Shown in pieces: positions 16,386 through 24,469 of a DNA stretch of 26,654 bases. Position 1 is the first letter of the stretch, and every line of letters starts with the position of its first letter. Source of the DNA: a virus. Lineage: Duplodnaviria; Caudoviricetes. Made by a program: the position numbers and the translations under genes. Below the pieces are notes generated by a model, which was given only the letters and a program-made list of their open reading frames with translations, did no database searches and had not been told where the DNA came from. The stretch lies in IMG/VR virus record IMGVR_UViG_3300016476_001170, positions 1 to 26,654 of that record, one strand, 5' to 3'.

Positions 16386-16419
16386 GATTGGTCCTTATAG
16401 TATTTACAGGGACCAATCA
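16385..16419 (-). promoter_or_regulatory. RBS-sequestering hairpin with TAAATA late-promoter motif in the loop
   Basis: 10-bp perfect stem 16410-16419 / 16385-16394 covers GGA of the AAGGA RBS and the A of ATG; TAAATA at 16401-16406. Confidence 0.75.
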
Positions 16420-16425
16420 AAAAAA

Positions 16426-16740
16426 TTAAGTGGTAGCTTTTGCTATTCTTGCAAGAATTTCGTCGTAAAAACTGTCCAGTTCGCCGCCGAATTTACCCCT
16501 TAAATGCTCTGCAGCATCAATACAGAACTTGTAATTGTTCTTGTAGTATTCTTTAATAAATTCGCTGTGCAAAAACTTGTATTGTTCCAATGTTGGAAGC
16601 TCTAGAACAGGTAAAGCATCTGCATCAATAACACAATAGCTGGGAATTTTCTCGCCGTTGCGCTCAAATGTTTCTAGCTCTAATACTGTATAGTTTTCCT
16701 TGAGGCGTTCTGCAGCTTCTTCACCAAGTATGATATGCAT
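16426..16740 (-). CDS. stand-alone homolog of the C-terminal ~100 aa of the CHASE2 cyclase
   Basis: IILG...K...LELE vs IIG...K...LELD; H...I..Y........I.....L...F.G....FY.....R vs the same pattern in 10722..12791. Confidence 0.75.
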   Translation of the reverse strand: MHIILGEEAAERLKENYTVLELETFERNGEKIPSYCVIDADALPVLELPTLEQYKFLHSEFIKEYYKNNYKFCIDAAEHLRGKFGGELDSFYDEILARIAKATT

Positions 16741-17149
16741 GTTCTGCTTCCTCTAATGCTTTAAAGATTTGTTCGGGATTCATATTATGATTTTTATAGC
16801 CCTCGTAAACCATGCTAAGATAACTTTCACTGGGCCCGGCCAATAGATTATCAGGTTGCATAAAATAAATCATTGCAGTGATAGTTTTTCCTTTGAAATT
16901 AACCTGCACTTGTTTTTTATCATAAAACAAAGGATAACCTTCTAAGATGTCTAGCGCAAGCTCGCAGTTATCTGTAATGTCCCATAATGCACATTCCATT
17001 GATGCACCCGGTTCCTCTACAGCATCGCAAAAATTTTTAAATGCCAGCTTATGGTTTTCCAGTATCACGGAGCCGAGACTCTTAGCAAAAGGGCAACGGC
17101 GATCCATCTCTCTGAAATTGGTGTTCATTCCGTAAGCAAGGTAATACAT
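16721..17149 (-). CDS. gamma-glutamylcyclotransferase (AIG2-like) family protein
   Basis: YYLAYGMN, LDILEGYPLFY, PSESYL. Confidence 0.88.
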   Translation of the reverse strand: MYYLAYGMNTNFREMDRRCPFAKSLGSVILENHKLAFKNFCDAVEEPGASMECALWDITDNCELALDILEGYPLFYDKKQVQVNFKGKTITAMIYFMQPDNLLAGPSESYLSMVYEGYKNHNMNPEQIFKALEEAEHAYHTW

Positions 17150-17679
17150 TATAGCTCCGCTAGCTTATATCGTTTAACTGCGCTTTGCACAGCTTCGGCC
17201 TGACTGACACAGTCAGCAAGGGCGTTGTGCAACATAGCACCCGGCTCACGATCATCGCCCAGTGCCTTTAGCAAAGTGCGGCTATCACGAATAGTATAAT
17301 ATGGCCATGGCGCAGGCTTGCCTAGTTGTCGATAAAGATTTTCTAGAATCACAATATCAAATACTGGGCCTTGAGCCCAAATGCGATCAGCGCCTAACAC
17401 AAACTTGTTTAAGGCTCGTGTAAAGTCTTCTAAGCTTACACGGTCGTGTTCGCCCAGTGCTTCTTCCCTAACCGCTTCATTTTGTGTGCCCCACCAAGCA
17501 ACGGTGCCCTCATCGACGCGACGACCTAACTCAATTTGTTCATCGACGTTGATTCGAAAATAAAGCCCATCCTTCATTTCTTTGGAACTATCAAACGGAT
17601 CAAACTTAATAGCGCCAAAAGTTAAAATAACGCTGTCGGGGCTTGTTGCCAGCGTCTCAAGGTCTAGCATCACGTCCAT
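17149..17679 (-). CDS. DEDDh 3'-5' exonuclease (RNase AS/DUF5051-like)
   Basis: MLDLETL, IWAQG..FD..IL, RDSRT, HNALAD. Confidence 0.88.
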   Translation of the reverse strand: MDVMLDLETLATSPDSVILTFGAIKFDPFDSSKEMKDGLYFRINVDEQIELGRRVDEGTVAWWGTQNEAVREEALGEHDRVSLEDFTRALNKFVLGADRIWAQGPVFDIVILENLYRQLGKPAPWPYYTIRDSRTLLKALGDDREPGAMLHNALADCVSQAEAVQSAVKRYKLAEL

Positions 17680-17683
17680 GCTG

Positions 17684-17995
17684 TTACTCCGCAGGTTCTA
17701 GTTTGACTACTAGTGGAAATCCGTTGTTACGAGCAAGTAGTGTTACTTCTACACCTTTTTGTTCTGCCATTTCATAAGGCATTGTGGCAACAACTGCAGA
17801 ACCATCGGTATGGATTTTCATAGTCATTTCTTCTGCTTCCATTTGACTATAGTTAAAAATGATTACCAATGTTTCAACTACAAATTCTTGAGTAGTCACT
17901 TCATCATTGATATAAATCACATTGTATTGCACTGGTTCCGGAATATCTTCGCGGGGCTTGATTTTTTGTACTGCTTTTGGTTCTGCTGTAGACAT
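17684..17995 (-). CDS. clpS: ATP-dependent Clp protease adaptor ClpS
   Basis: YNVIYINDEVTTQEFVVETL..IF, MKIHTDGSAVV, EMAEQK, GFPL. Confidence 0.92.
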   Translation of the reverse strand: MSTAEPKAVQKIKPREDIPEPVQYNVIYINDEVTTQEFVVETLVIIFNYSQMEAEEMTMKIHTDGSAVVATMPYEMAEQKGVEVTLLARNNGFPLVVKLEPAE

Positions 17996-18008
17996 AATAA
18001 TTGAAAAT

Positions 18009-18035
18009 TAAAAAGGGGAGACAATTCTCCCCTTT
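18009..18035 (-). terminator. intrinsic terminator after hsp20
   Basis: Inverted repeat 18012-18021 / 18026-18035 (GGGGAGA/TCTCCCC core) ending in a T run. Confidence 0.8.
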
Positions 18036-18064
18036 ATTATAACACCGTTACTTTATTTTGTAAA
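18036..18064 (-). promoter_or_regulatory. sigma70-type promoter for the clpS operon
   Basis: TTTACA-N17-TATAAT with TGn; predicted start falls inside the terminator's 5' arm. Confidence 0.65.
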
Positions 18065-18496
18065 GGTGATGGCAATCTTTTTGGGCTTTTGCTCTTCGGG
18101 AATGATCCTTTCCAGAGCAATTGCAAGAATGCCGTTTTGCACTGTTGCAGCTTTGACTTCCACATTGTCTGCCAATGTAAATGTGCGTTCAAAATTGCGT
18201 GTGCTAATACCCTTGTGGGTATAGTTAATTTCGGACTCTTTCTTTTCCTTTGTGCCTTTGATTATCAATGTGGACTCTTTCAGTTCAACGTCGATTTCAT
18301 TTTCGGCAAATCCTGCAACGGCAACTTCGATTACAAAATGCGAATCGTCAAGTTGAGCAATGTTGTAGGGAGGATAGTTATCACTACCACGACTATTCGC
18401 AAAAGTGCGATTTAGTTCTTCAAACATACGGTCAAAACCAATGGCATGACGATGTAGGCTAGGTAGATCAAGAGTACGGATTTCAAATTTTGTCAT
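18053..18496 (-). CDS. small heat-shock protein Hsp20 (IbpA-like)
   Basis: IGFDRMF, NYPPYNI, IEVAVAGF, YTHKGISTRNFERTFTLA, NGILAIALER. Confidence 0.95.
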   Translation of the reverse strand: MTKFEIRTLDLPSLHRHAIGFDRMFEELNRTFANSRGSDNYPPYNIAQLDDSHFVIEVAVAGFAENEIDVELKESTLIIKGTKEKKESEINYTHKGISTRNFERTFTLADNVEVKAATVQNGILAIALERIIPEEQKPKKIAITFTK

Positions 18497-18503
18497 GTTG
18501 TTT

Positions 18504-18520
18504 CTCCTTTAATAAGCAAG
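18504..18520 (-). promoter_or_regulatory. ROSE-like RNA thermometer
   Basis: CUU(G)CUU-AUUA-AAGGAG: UUGCU motif pairs with the SD, leaving a bulged G. Confidence 0.7.
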
Positions 18521-18563
18521 TTTATGACATTTAATGTAGACCCCAACCGGGCATCTACACAAG

Positions 18564-18597
18564 TATTTATTATAGTTAAATCAAATATTTTAATCAA
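18564..18597 (-). promoter_or_regulatory. overlapping sigma70 and TAAATA promoters for hsp20
   Basis: TTGATT-N17-TATAAT (18569-18597) overlapping TAAATA (18564-18569). Confidence 0.65.
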
Positions 18598-18853
18598 TTG
18601 ATTTGGGAGGATTCATTGGCTCTACCAGACGCCAACGGCTTGTGGCCACACTTTTGGATTCCCATGTCAGAGCCCAAAATGAATAATGTTCGGGATTGTC
18701 AAAAGTTATTTTCAAACGATAATTTTGAGTTTTTACCTTATAAGGTATTTGATATTTTTCGTGCCATTCTTTAAAGGCTTTTTCTATGTAATATTTTGTA
18801 TAACCTGCTGCCATCCCGCCAGCACCAGAAGGCAAGGTAAATTCAATGTACAT
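18590..18853 (-). CDS. hypothetical protein
   Basis: 87 aa; TAATG overlap with rpsU. Confidence 0.8.
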   Translation of the reverse strand: MYIEFTLPSGAGGMAAGYTKYYIEKAFKEWHEKYQIPYKVKTQNYRLKITFDNPEHYSFWALTWESKSVATSRWRLVEPMNPPKSID

Positions 18854-19095
18854 TAATACATTCTTTTGGGCAGCGATTCAGCAGCCAACTTTTTGCGCCA
18901 GCGGTTCTTTGCAGCACTGGCGGCCTTTTTGCGAGTTGTTGTGGGCTTTTCATAAAACTCTTTGTCGCGTAGAGTTTGCAGTATACCGTTTTCGGCTACC
19001 TTTTTCTTAAACTTACGCAGGGCTTTTTCTACGTTATCATCTTTAACGTAAACTACCATACCCTTCGACTTTCGAGGTCTATCAAAACTCATCAT
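18853..19095 (-). CDS. rpsU: ribosomal protein bS21
   Basis: VYVKDDNVEKALRKFKKKV...GILQTLRDKEFYEKPTTTRKK. Confidence 0.92.
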   Translation of the reverse strand: MMSFDRPRKSKGMVVYVKDDNVEKALRKFKKKVAENGILQTLRDKEFYEKPTTTRKKAASAAKNRWRKKLAAESLPKRMY

Positions 19096-19360
19096 CTATT
19101 TCCTTTAACCATTCTAGTAAGTCTCGGTCACGATAATGCCTATAATCGTAAATGCGATTTGGCGGGATCATTGCACGAATGCCCTCTGCCCATTGTATAT
19201 CGTTAACACCGTCGTGATAAAGATAAATGTCGTATTCTTTTTCACTTAAGTTATTTACTAAAAATTCAATTTGTTCGTTGGTCCAGTCTGCATTTCTGAT
19301 AAAGATTTTCTTTGCAGTTCTGTCAAAATTCATATCTGGACAAGTATAAAAATTTGGCAT
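19082..19360 (-). CDS. hypothetical protein
   Basis: 92 aa ORF tiling the operon. Confidence 0.8.
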   Translation of the reverse strand: MPNFYTCPDMNFDRTAKKIFIRNADWTNEQIEFLVNNLSEKEYDIYLYHDGVNDIQWAEGIRAMIPPNRIYDYRHYRDRDLLEWLKEIDDEF

Positions 19361-19364
19361 AAGC

Positions 19365-20144
19365 TTATCTCTTTGCTGTAATCATTAAGTGCCAACCCAA
19401 TGCTCGTTCCATAATTTTAAACAATTCCGGGGGCATAGCTTCAAACCAAGGCTGTTTCACATATTCGTATTTTACATAGTGTTCTATGTTCCAAGGAAAA
19501 ATAAAATCCTGCTCAACTTGCACATTTCCAAATGCGCCAAACAACTGTCTAGCTTCTTCCTTTGTATAGGTCACAGCTTGCGGGCAGTTGCTTTGTGCTT
19601 CTGGTTGATCCCAATTAGCTTCGATTAAGATATTTTTCCAACTGTTTTTAGCATACAACATCACTTTGATTTCACCGTCATCTGCTAACAAGTTGGGCAA
19701 ACAGGACACTACACGTTCCGGATGCGGTGCATGATGAATTACTCCAAAACTATAGATCAGATCAAACTTTTCACCATTGGCGAATACTTTGTACAGCTCT
19801 TCTGCGTTACATTCAATAAAAGTACCTTCGAGACCAAAAACTTCAAATCTTTTTTTAGCTAATTTAATACTTTCCCCGCTTAAATCAACACCTGTGTAAA
19901 TTGCACCATGTCGAGCAAAGTTGGTTGCATCTGTGCCAATGCCGCAGCCGATTTCTAGAACACGTTTGCCTTTCCAGCGTTCAAATTCGGGGAATGTGTA
20001 ATTATGCGGTTCGTTGGCGTATCTTCTAGCCTCAACTTCGTCAAAGTATTCTTTAGATCCAATGGGACTTGTACTGTGTCTAATGTTGCAAGGACGATTG
20101 TTCCAGTATGTTCTTACTTGTTCTAATAGATCTTGATTACTCAT
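19365..20144 (-). CDS. class I SAM-dependent methyltransferase
   Basis: [26 protein letters not shown]; ATG at 20144 preferred over TTG at 20150. Confidence 0.9.
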   Translation of the reverse strand: MSNQDLLEQVRTYWNNRPCNIRHSTSPIGSKEYFDEVEARRYANEPHNYTFPEFERWKGKRVLEIGCGIGTDATNFARHGAIYTGVDLSGESIKLAKKRFEVFGLEGTFIECNAEELYKVFANGEKFDLIYSFGVIHHAPHPERVVSCLPNLLADDGEIKVMLYAKNSWKNILIEANWDQPEAQSNCPQAVTYTKEEARQLFGAFGNVQVEQDFIFPWNIEHYVKYEYVKQPWFEAMPPELFKIMERALGWHLMITAKR

Positions 20145-20850
20145 TGCCAACCTTTGCTGATAATTTTGCGATCCAGTCTCTTAGATCTTGTTGACGTTGC
20201 GGATGACTGTAGTCTTCGGGGTTAGTTGGATCTCTGCCGTCTGCTGCATAGCTTTGCTCACGGAAAGTTTCATCATCGTTGCCGCCGGTAACGTCTGCAC
20301 GATCATGATAAACTTGCACAGAAATATTTTTCATACGACCGACAGGAACTGTTACATTATAGATCCACCAATCACTATGATTAACTGGGCTTACCATTCC
20401 AAAGAAGTTAACCCACTCTCTAGGCACAATCGGGAATAGTGCAAATGGATGGTTCATAGTTACACAAGGCATACGCAATAATCCAAAGTATCCGTCTTCT
20501 TTACGAATCTCTTCGTCCCAGTGTTCTGTAAGCATCAGTGCGTCGTCGTTCCAGAACATGATCCATTCTCCCGTTGCTTGCTCGGCAAGGAAGTTAACGT
20601 ATTTGTATAGGCGCAGATATCCGAAACGTTCAGTTTCAAATACTTTTGTTGTTGCGCCGGCCTGTTCTAGAAACGGAAACCAAGTAGAAGAGAAAAACTC
20701 TCTGCTTTCTTCGTCATCATTATCATAAGCAATTAAGATTTCGATATCAGCAGGATTTTTAGCATTGGCTAACAAACTGCCAATACTTTTAATTACTGCT
20801 TCTGTTCTTTTTCTTGTGGGTAATAAAATAGATATTTTAGGTTTTGTCAT
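20137..20850 (-). CDS. glycosyltransferase family 2 (GT-A)
   Basis: [30 protein letters not shown]; start set at MTKPK. Confidence 0.85.
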   Translation of the reverse strand: MTKPKISILLPTRKRTEAVIKSIGSLLANAKNPADIEILIAYDNDDEESREFFSSTWFPFLEQAGATTKVFETERFGYLRLYKYVNFLAEQATGEWIMFWNDDALMLTEHWDEEIRKEDGYFGLLRMPCVTMNHPFALFPIVPREWVNFFGMVSPVNHSDWWIYNVTVPVGRMKNISVQVYHDRADVTGGNDDETFREQSYAADGRDPTNPEDYSHPQRQQDLRDWIAKLSAKVGNE

Positions 20851-22348
20851 TGGATAATTGTTTGAGTTTTTCTTCAACTAGCTCTTGTTCGCTAGCACTT
20901 AATTGATCGAGATCATATTCGCCCGACTGCAATTTTTCTATTAAGAATAGTATATATTGTTCGTCGTAAGTATAGCTATCAGTTTTGGATTTGTCTACTT
21001 CTATCCATTTTTGACCATTGAATTTAAACAACTTATTTGGTAAGTAGTCCACTCTCAGGAATGTATCGCCTTTGTTGGCACCGTTTGGAAATGCTGTTCC
21101 GAATCCACTTTGGCTAGGTGCGGCCTCTATATTATCAGCGGCCAGTGCCGAAACTTTTCTTACGTTTAGTGCTTCTGGAACGGGCGCAATCTCCACTTTG
21201 TTGCGAGCAGCAGTTTCTGGAACTTTAGGAAATTTAGAAACTTCTGCAGGAGTTAAATAATCCCCCGGGCGCTCATTGCCAATATCTAGGCCTGGTGCAT
21301 TAGGACTTTCCACAATTGGCTCAATTGTCTCAACAGGCTCTTTCTTCGTTTTCTTAGCTTTGGGTTTTTTTGATGCAGAGGTTTCTGCTGCAGGCGCGAC
21401 CATTGGCTTTCCAGTCGGAAAATGATCAAACGGCATTGACAAATAGGGATGCTTAGCTAAGATGGATTCTTCAGGTGTTTGCTGAGTGCCTACCTCAGGC
21501 TCGATGGCTGGTTCTTCCTGAATTAGTGCTTTGTCTTCAGTGCTTGCATCATCAACTGCGGCTACGGATTCTTCTACTAGATATTCCTTTTCTTCTCGGG
21601 CCCAACGTAAGCTTTGTTGTGCAGCAAGAATTAATACTAATGCCAGAGGATCAAATACTGCCACAATCAGAATAATTACCCAACGGACTGCTCGTTCTAA
21701 GATATTTGCATCTGGATTGTCGCCGTAAATCAGCGCCGCAATATACTTTATAGGACCAACTTCGTTTTCGATCTTACGAAACTCTGCTCGTAACGGCGCA
21801 ACTTCTTCGTTAAGGCTAGCAATCTTTTTCTGCTCGGCGTCGATTTCAGCGAGTAATTTGGTACGCTCTTTCTGTTGATTCCTGCGAATAGATACAGCTT
21901 TGTCGGCGCCTTTTTCATCTGTACTGCGCGCCATGACTTGGTCCACTGCTTCATCCATCTGTTTAAGAGCTTTACGGTTGGCTTCGATGTTATCCTTGGC
22001 AGTACGTATCTTTTCGTCATAGATTGCAACCTTTGCTTGACTGTCACCGCTTACTAAACTTTGATCGCTGTGTGCTTTGGATAAGAATCCGAAAATGCCC
22101 ATTGAGGTTAGCAACATAAGAAATGCTACAGCAGGCACAAGATACATTTTGTATGCTAAAGATGCACGATCCCAATTTTGCTTTAACCAAACTGCTGCTG
22201 TAACTTTACCAACTTCGAGGCTAGCGCCCATGATTAGAATTGGGAGAACGGCTCCAGAGAAGATAGCTGCCAAACCAGTGATGCTGTAATAAGCTCCCAC
22301 AGCTTCGATAACCAGTGCAACTAGTAAAGTAAAATATCCAAAAAGCAT
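20837..22348 (-). CDS. multi-pass membrane protein with coiled coil and Pro/Glu/Lys-rich cytoplasmic tail
   Basis: Three N-terminal TMs, long coiled coil, fourth TM (FDPLA), low-complexity linker, C-terminal FGTAFP...GDTFLRVDYLPNKLFKFNG.KW domain. Confidence 0.8.
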   Translation of the reverse strand: MLFGYFTLLVALVIEAVGAYYSITGLAAIFSGAVLPILIMGASLEVGKVTAAVWLKQNWDRASLAYKMYLVPAVAFLMLLTSMGIFGFLSKAHSDQSLVSGDSQAKVAIYDEKIRTAKDNIEANRKALKQMDEAVDQVMARSTDEKGADKAVSIRRNQQKERTKLLAEIDAEQKKIASLNEEVAPLRAEFRKIENEVGPIKYIAALIYGDNPDANILERAVRWVIILIVAVFDPLALVLILAAQQSLRWAREEKEYLVEESVAAVDDASTEDKALIQEEPAIEPEVGTQQTPEESILAKHPYLSMPFDHFPTGKPMVAPAAETSASKKPKAKKTKKEPVETIEPIVESPNAPGLDIGNERPGDYLTPAEVSKFPKVPETAARNKVEIAPVPEALNVRKVSALAADNIEAAPSQSGFGTAFPNGANKGDTFLRVDYLPNKLFKFNGQKWIEVDKSKTDSYTYDEQYILFLIEKLQSGEYDLDQLSASEQELVEEKLKQLSNDKT

Positions 22349-22352
22349 AGTA

Positions 22353-22398
22353 TATTTAAAAGAAAATGTCCTACATTTTAAATTATGTAGGACATTTT
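22353..22398 (-). terminator. 14-bp hairpin terminator followed by TAAATA promoter motif
   Basis: AAAATGTCCTACAT-N8-ATGTAGGACATTTT (22363-22398); TAAATA 22353-22358 lies 4 nt before ATG 22348. Confidence 0.7.
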
Positions 22399-22411
22399 TT
22401 CAAGTTTTTTA

Positions 22412-23914
22412 TTACCAAGATGTCAAATTAGCGCGTTTCCAAGTATCAGTGTCAACACAAATATAAACATAATCGCCATCAAACGTAATTTGACCTTTTG
22501 TTCCAGTTGACGATGCTGTAGTTGGAACATAAGTATTTCCAACTGTTAAGTTACCGCTAGCTGTTAGTGTTTGGGCACTGATACTACTAAAACCTGCAAT
22601 CACCGGAGCAGGACTCGCAGTAAATGCATATATGCTACCAGCCATTACAAGATTGCTAGATACAGTTGCATTTGCCGAATCAAATGTTGCAACAACATTT
22701 TCAGCATTGACGCCTCCAACTAGTATCTTCACTTGGGTATTTGCAACAGTAGTGCCTAGTGTTAAATTGCCGCCAGCGTTGCCTGATAAGCCTTGCACAT
22801 AGAAGTAGCCATCCAATGGATTAATACTGGTCCCTAAACTGTTATTAGGGTTAGTATTATCGTAGCCGCTGCCGGCTATGCCTATATCGATGTAATAAGT
22901 AGTGTCTGTGCCTGAGTCAGAAGTAACGACAATATCCCCAGTTGCTGCGGGCCCCGAATTTAAATTCTGCCATACTAACTGTGTATAAATGTTTGCGTTT
23001 GAGTAAACTTGCACAAACGCATCTGGGAATCCTGAGCCGAACACATTTCCGTTTTGGCTTACTACTAAGTTACCACTTAAAATAGTATGGTTGTTTTCGT
23101 AAAACTTTGCAGGTGTTGAATTATCGTGAGTGATTCTAACTAAACTTACGTTACCATTAATATCATTTTGATATACGTGACTAGTTCCTGTTAGGCCACC
23201 TGGTGTCGCAAATGAATATCCTGTTGTAAAATTTTCTGCAGCATAAAATGCATTGCCAAATACGTCGCCACGGAATGCAAACATATAGCCGTCGGCATAT
23301 GTATTGAATCCCATATGGCCGTTAGAACTATTGATAGATATCAAACCAGAAGTGCTAATGCCCGGATTAGCATTAGCAGAAATAATCAAATTGTCTGTGG
23401 AAAAAATATCTAGGTTGGATCCTTGTACTCTCAAATTCCCTGTTGCAGACATTAAAACAGTATTAGAGAAAAAATTACCCATGGATAGCAAGTTTGTATT
23501 TGCTCCGGCGGTATCGGTTAATCGTAATACTACACCCCTACCGTCAAATGGTTTTAAAGTGATACCTGCATTAGCAGTGGCTTCTATTGTTTGCTCTGCT
23601 ACACCGGTAATTATGAGGTTGCCCAAACTAGCATTTGCTGTGATTCCGGTTAACTGAGAACCGTTACCTATAAAATAAGCGGCTGATACGTTTCCTTGCG
23701 AAACTAAGCTGTAGAGCGCGGTAATGTTGCCTGCGGTTAAATTTCCGCTAGAACTATAATTATTAGCTGTGAGCGTGTTGGCGATAAGGTTTCCGCCAAC
23801 ATTACCTGCATAAAGTTGAGAGAAATTCTCGTTAACTTTTTCAAATGCAGTACGTAAATTATCCCCAGTATAACTGTCTGGTCCAGTACCGATATTAATG
23901 ATCTGTTGAGTCAT
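22412..23914 (-). CDS. tail fibre / baseplate-attached structural protein
   Basis: N-terminal INIGTGPD..TGDNLRTAFEKVNENFSQLY (T4 gp9/gp10-type N-terminus); G/N/S/T-rich beta repeats; C-terminal G..GQI.FD..YVYICV..TWKR. Confidence 0.8.
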   Translation of the reverse strand: MTQQIINIGTGPDSYTGDNLRTAFEKVNENFSQLYAGNVGGNLIANTLTANNYSSSGNLTAGNITALYSLVSQGNVSAAYFIGNGSQLTGITANASLGNLIITGVAEQTIEATANAGITLKPFDGRGVVLRLTDTAGANTNLLSMGNFFSNTVLMSATGNLRVQGSNLDIFSTDNLIISANANPGISTSGLISINSSNGHMGFNTYADGYMFAFRGDVFGNAFYAAENFTTGYSFATPGGLTGTSHVYQNDINGNVSLVRITHDNSTPAKFYENNHTILSGNLVVSQNGNVFGSGFPDAFVQVYSNANIYTQLVWQNLNSGPAATGDIVVTSDSGTDTTYYIDIGIAGSGYDNTNPNNSLGTSINPLDGYFYVQGLSGNAGGNLTLGTTVANTQVKILVGGVNAENVVATFDSANATVSSNLVMAGSIYAFTASPAPVIAGFSSISAQTLTASGNLTVGNTYVPTTASSTGTKGQITFDGDYVYICVDTDTWKRANLTSW

Positions 23915-23949
23915 AAAAAATCCCGCTATTTCTATATTTAGCGGGATTT
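23915..23949 (-). terminator. terminator hairpin with embedded TAAATA motif
   Basis: AAATCCCGCTA-N10-TAGCGGGATTT then TTT and ATG; TAAATA at 23935-23940. Confidence 0.75.
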
Positions 23950-23966
23950 GTTATTTGATTATAGTA

Positions 23967-24320
23967 CTAGCGTATAACAATCTTATTGTTTTCGTGCCTG
24001 TCACTATATAGTTTTCGGCCCCGTTCTCTGACTAAATCTGCCATTCCTTGAGGATTAGTTTCAAATTGATTTCGAAGATCTTCTGTAGAAATGTTGTCAT
24101 CTGTATCAATGGCATAGATTTCGTAGTGTCGATGACTGTTAAATCGGGCCCGCATCATTAATAAATTTACAATGCTGCCCACAGAATGGCTGCGACCTTT
24201 GGCAGGATTCTGTTCAGTTTCTTTTAGCGCAGCCCACATCTCTTCTTTTTCGATATCGCTAACATTGATGCAGGCTTCTAAACCGTTGCAGTCCCAGCTG
24301 AGTACATAAGTGTGGCTCAT
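23967..24320 (-). CDS. hypothetical protein
   Basis: 117 aa; WDCNGLEACI, RARFNSHRHYEIY; ATGA overlap. Confidence 0.85.
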   Translation of the reverse strand: MSHTYVLSWDCNGLEACINVSDIEKEEMWAALKETEQNPAKGRSHSVGSIVNLLMMRARFNSHRHYEIYAIDTDDNISTEDLRNQFETNPQGMADLVRERGRKLYSDRHENNKIVIR

Positions 24321-24469
24321 AGTTTAGATTTGATCTGTTCGATTACAGCCCGTGCTTCGGCAAAATTGCTGTGATTTAATGCTAGTTCCACTACATCAAT
24401 TTGATAGTATTGGGGGTCGCAATCATACAGTTGACGCCATGCAATTGTATAAAGTAGTTTAGAACTCAT
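24317..24469 (-). CDS. hypothetical protein, 50 aa
   Basis: My translation MSSKLLYTIAWRQLYDCDPQYYQIDVVELALNHSNFAEARAVIEQIKSKL; ATGA overlaps at both ends. Confidence 0.75.
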   Translation of the reverse strand: MSSKLLYTIAWRQLYDCDPQYYQIDVVELALNHSNFAEARAVIEQIKSKL

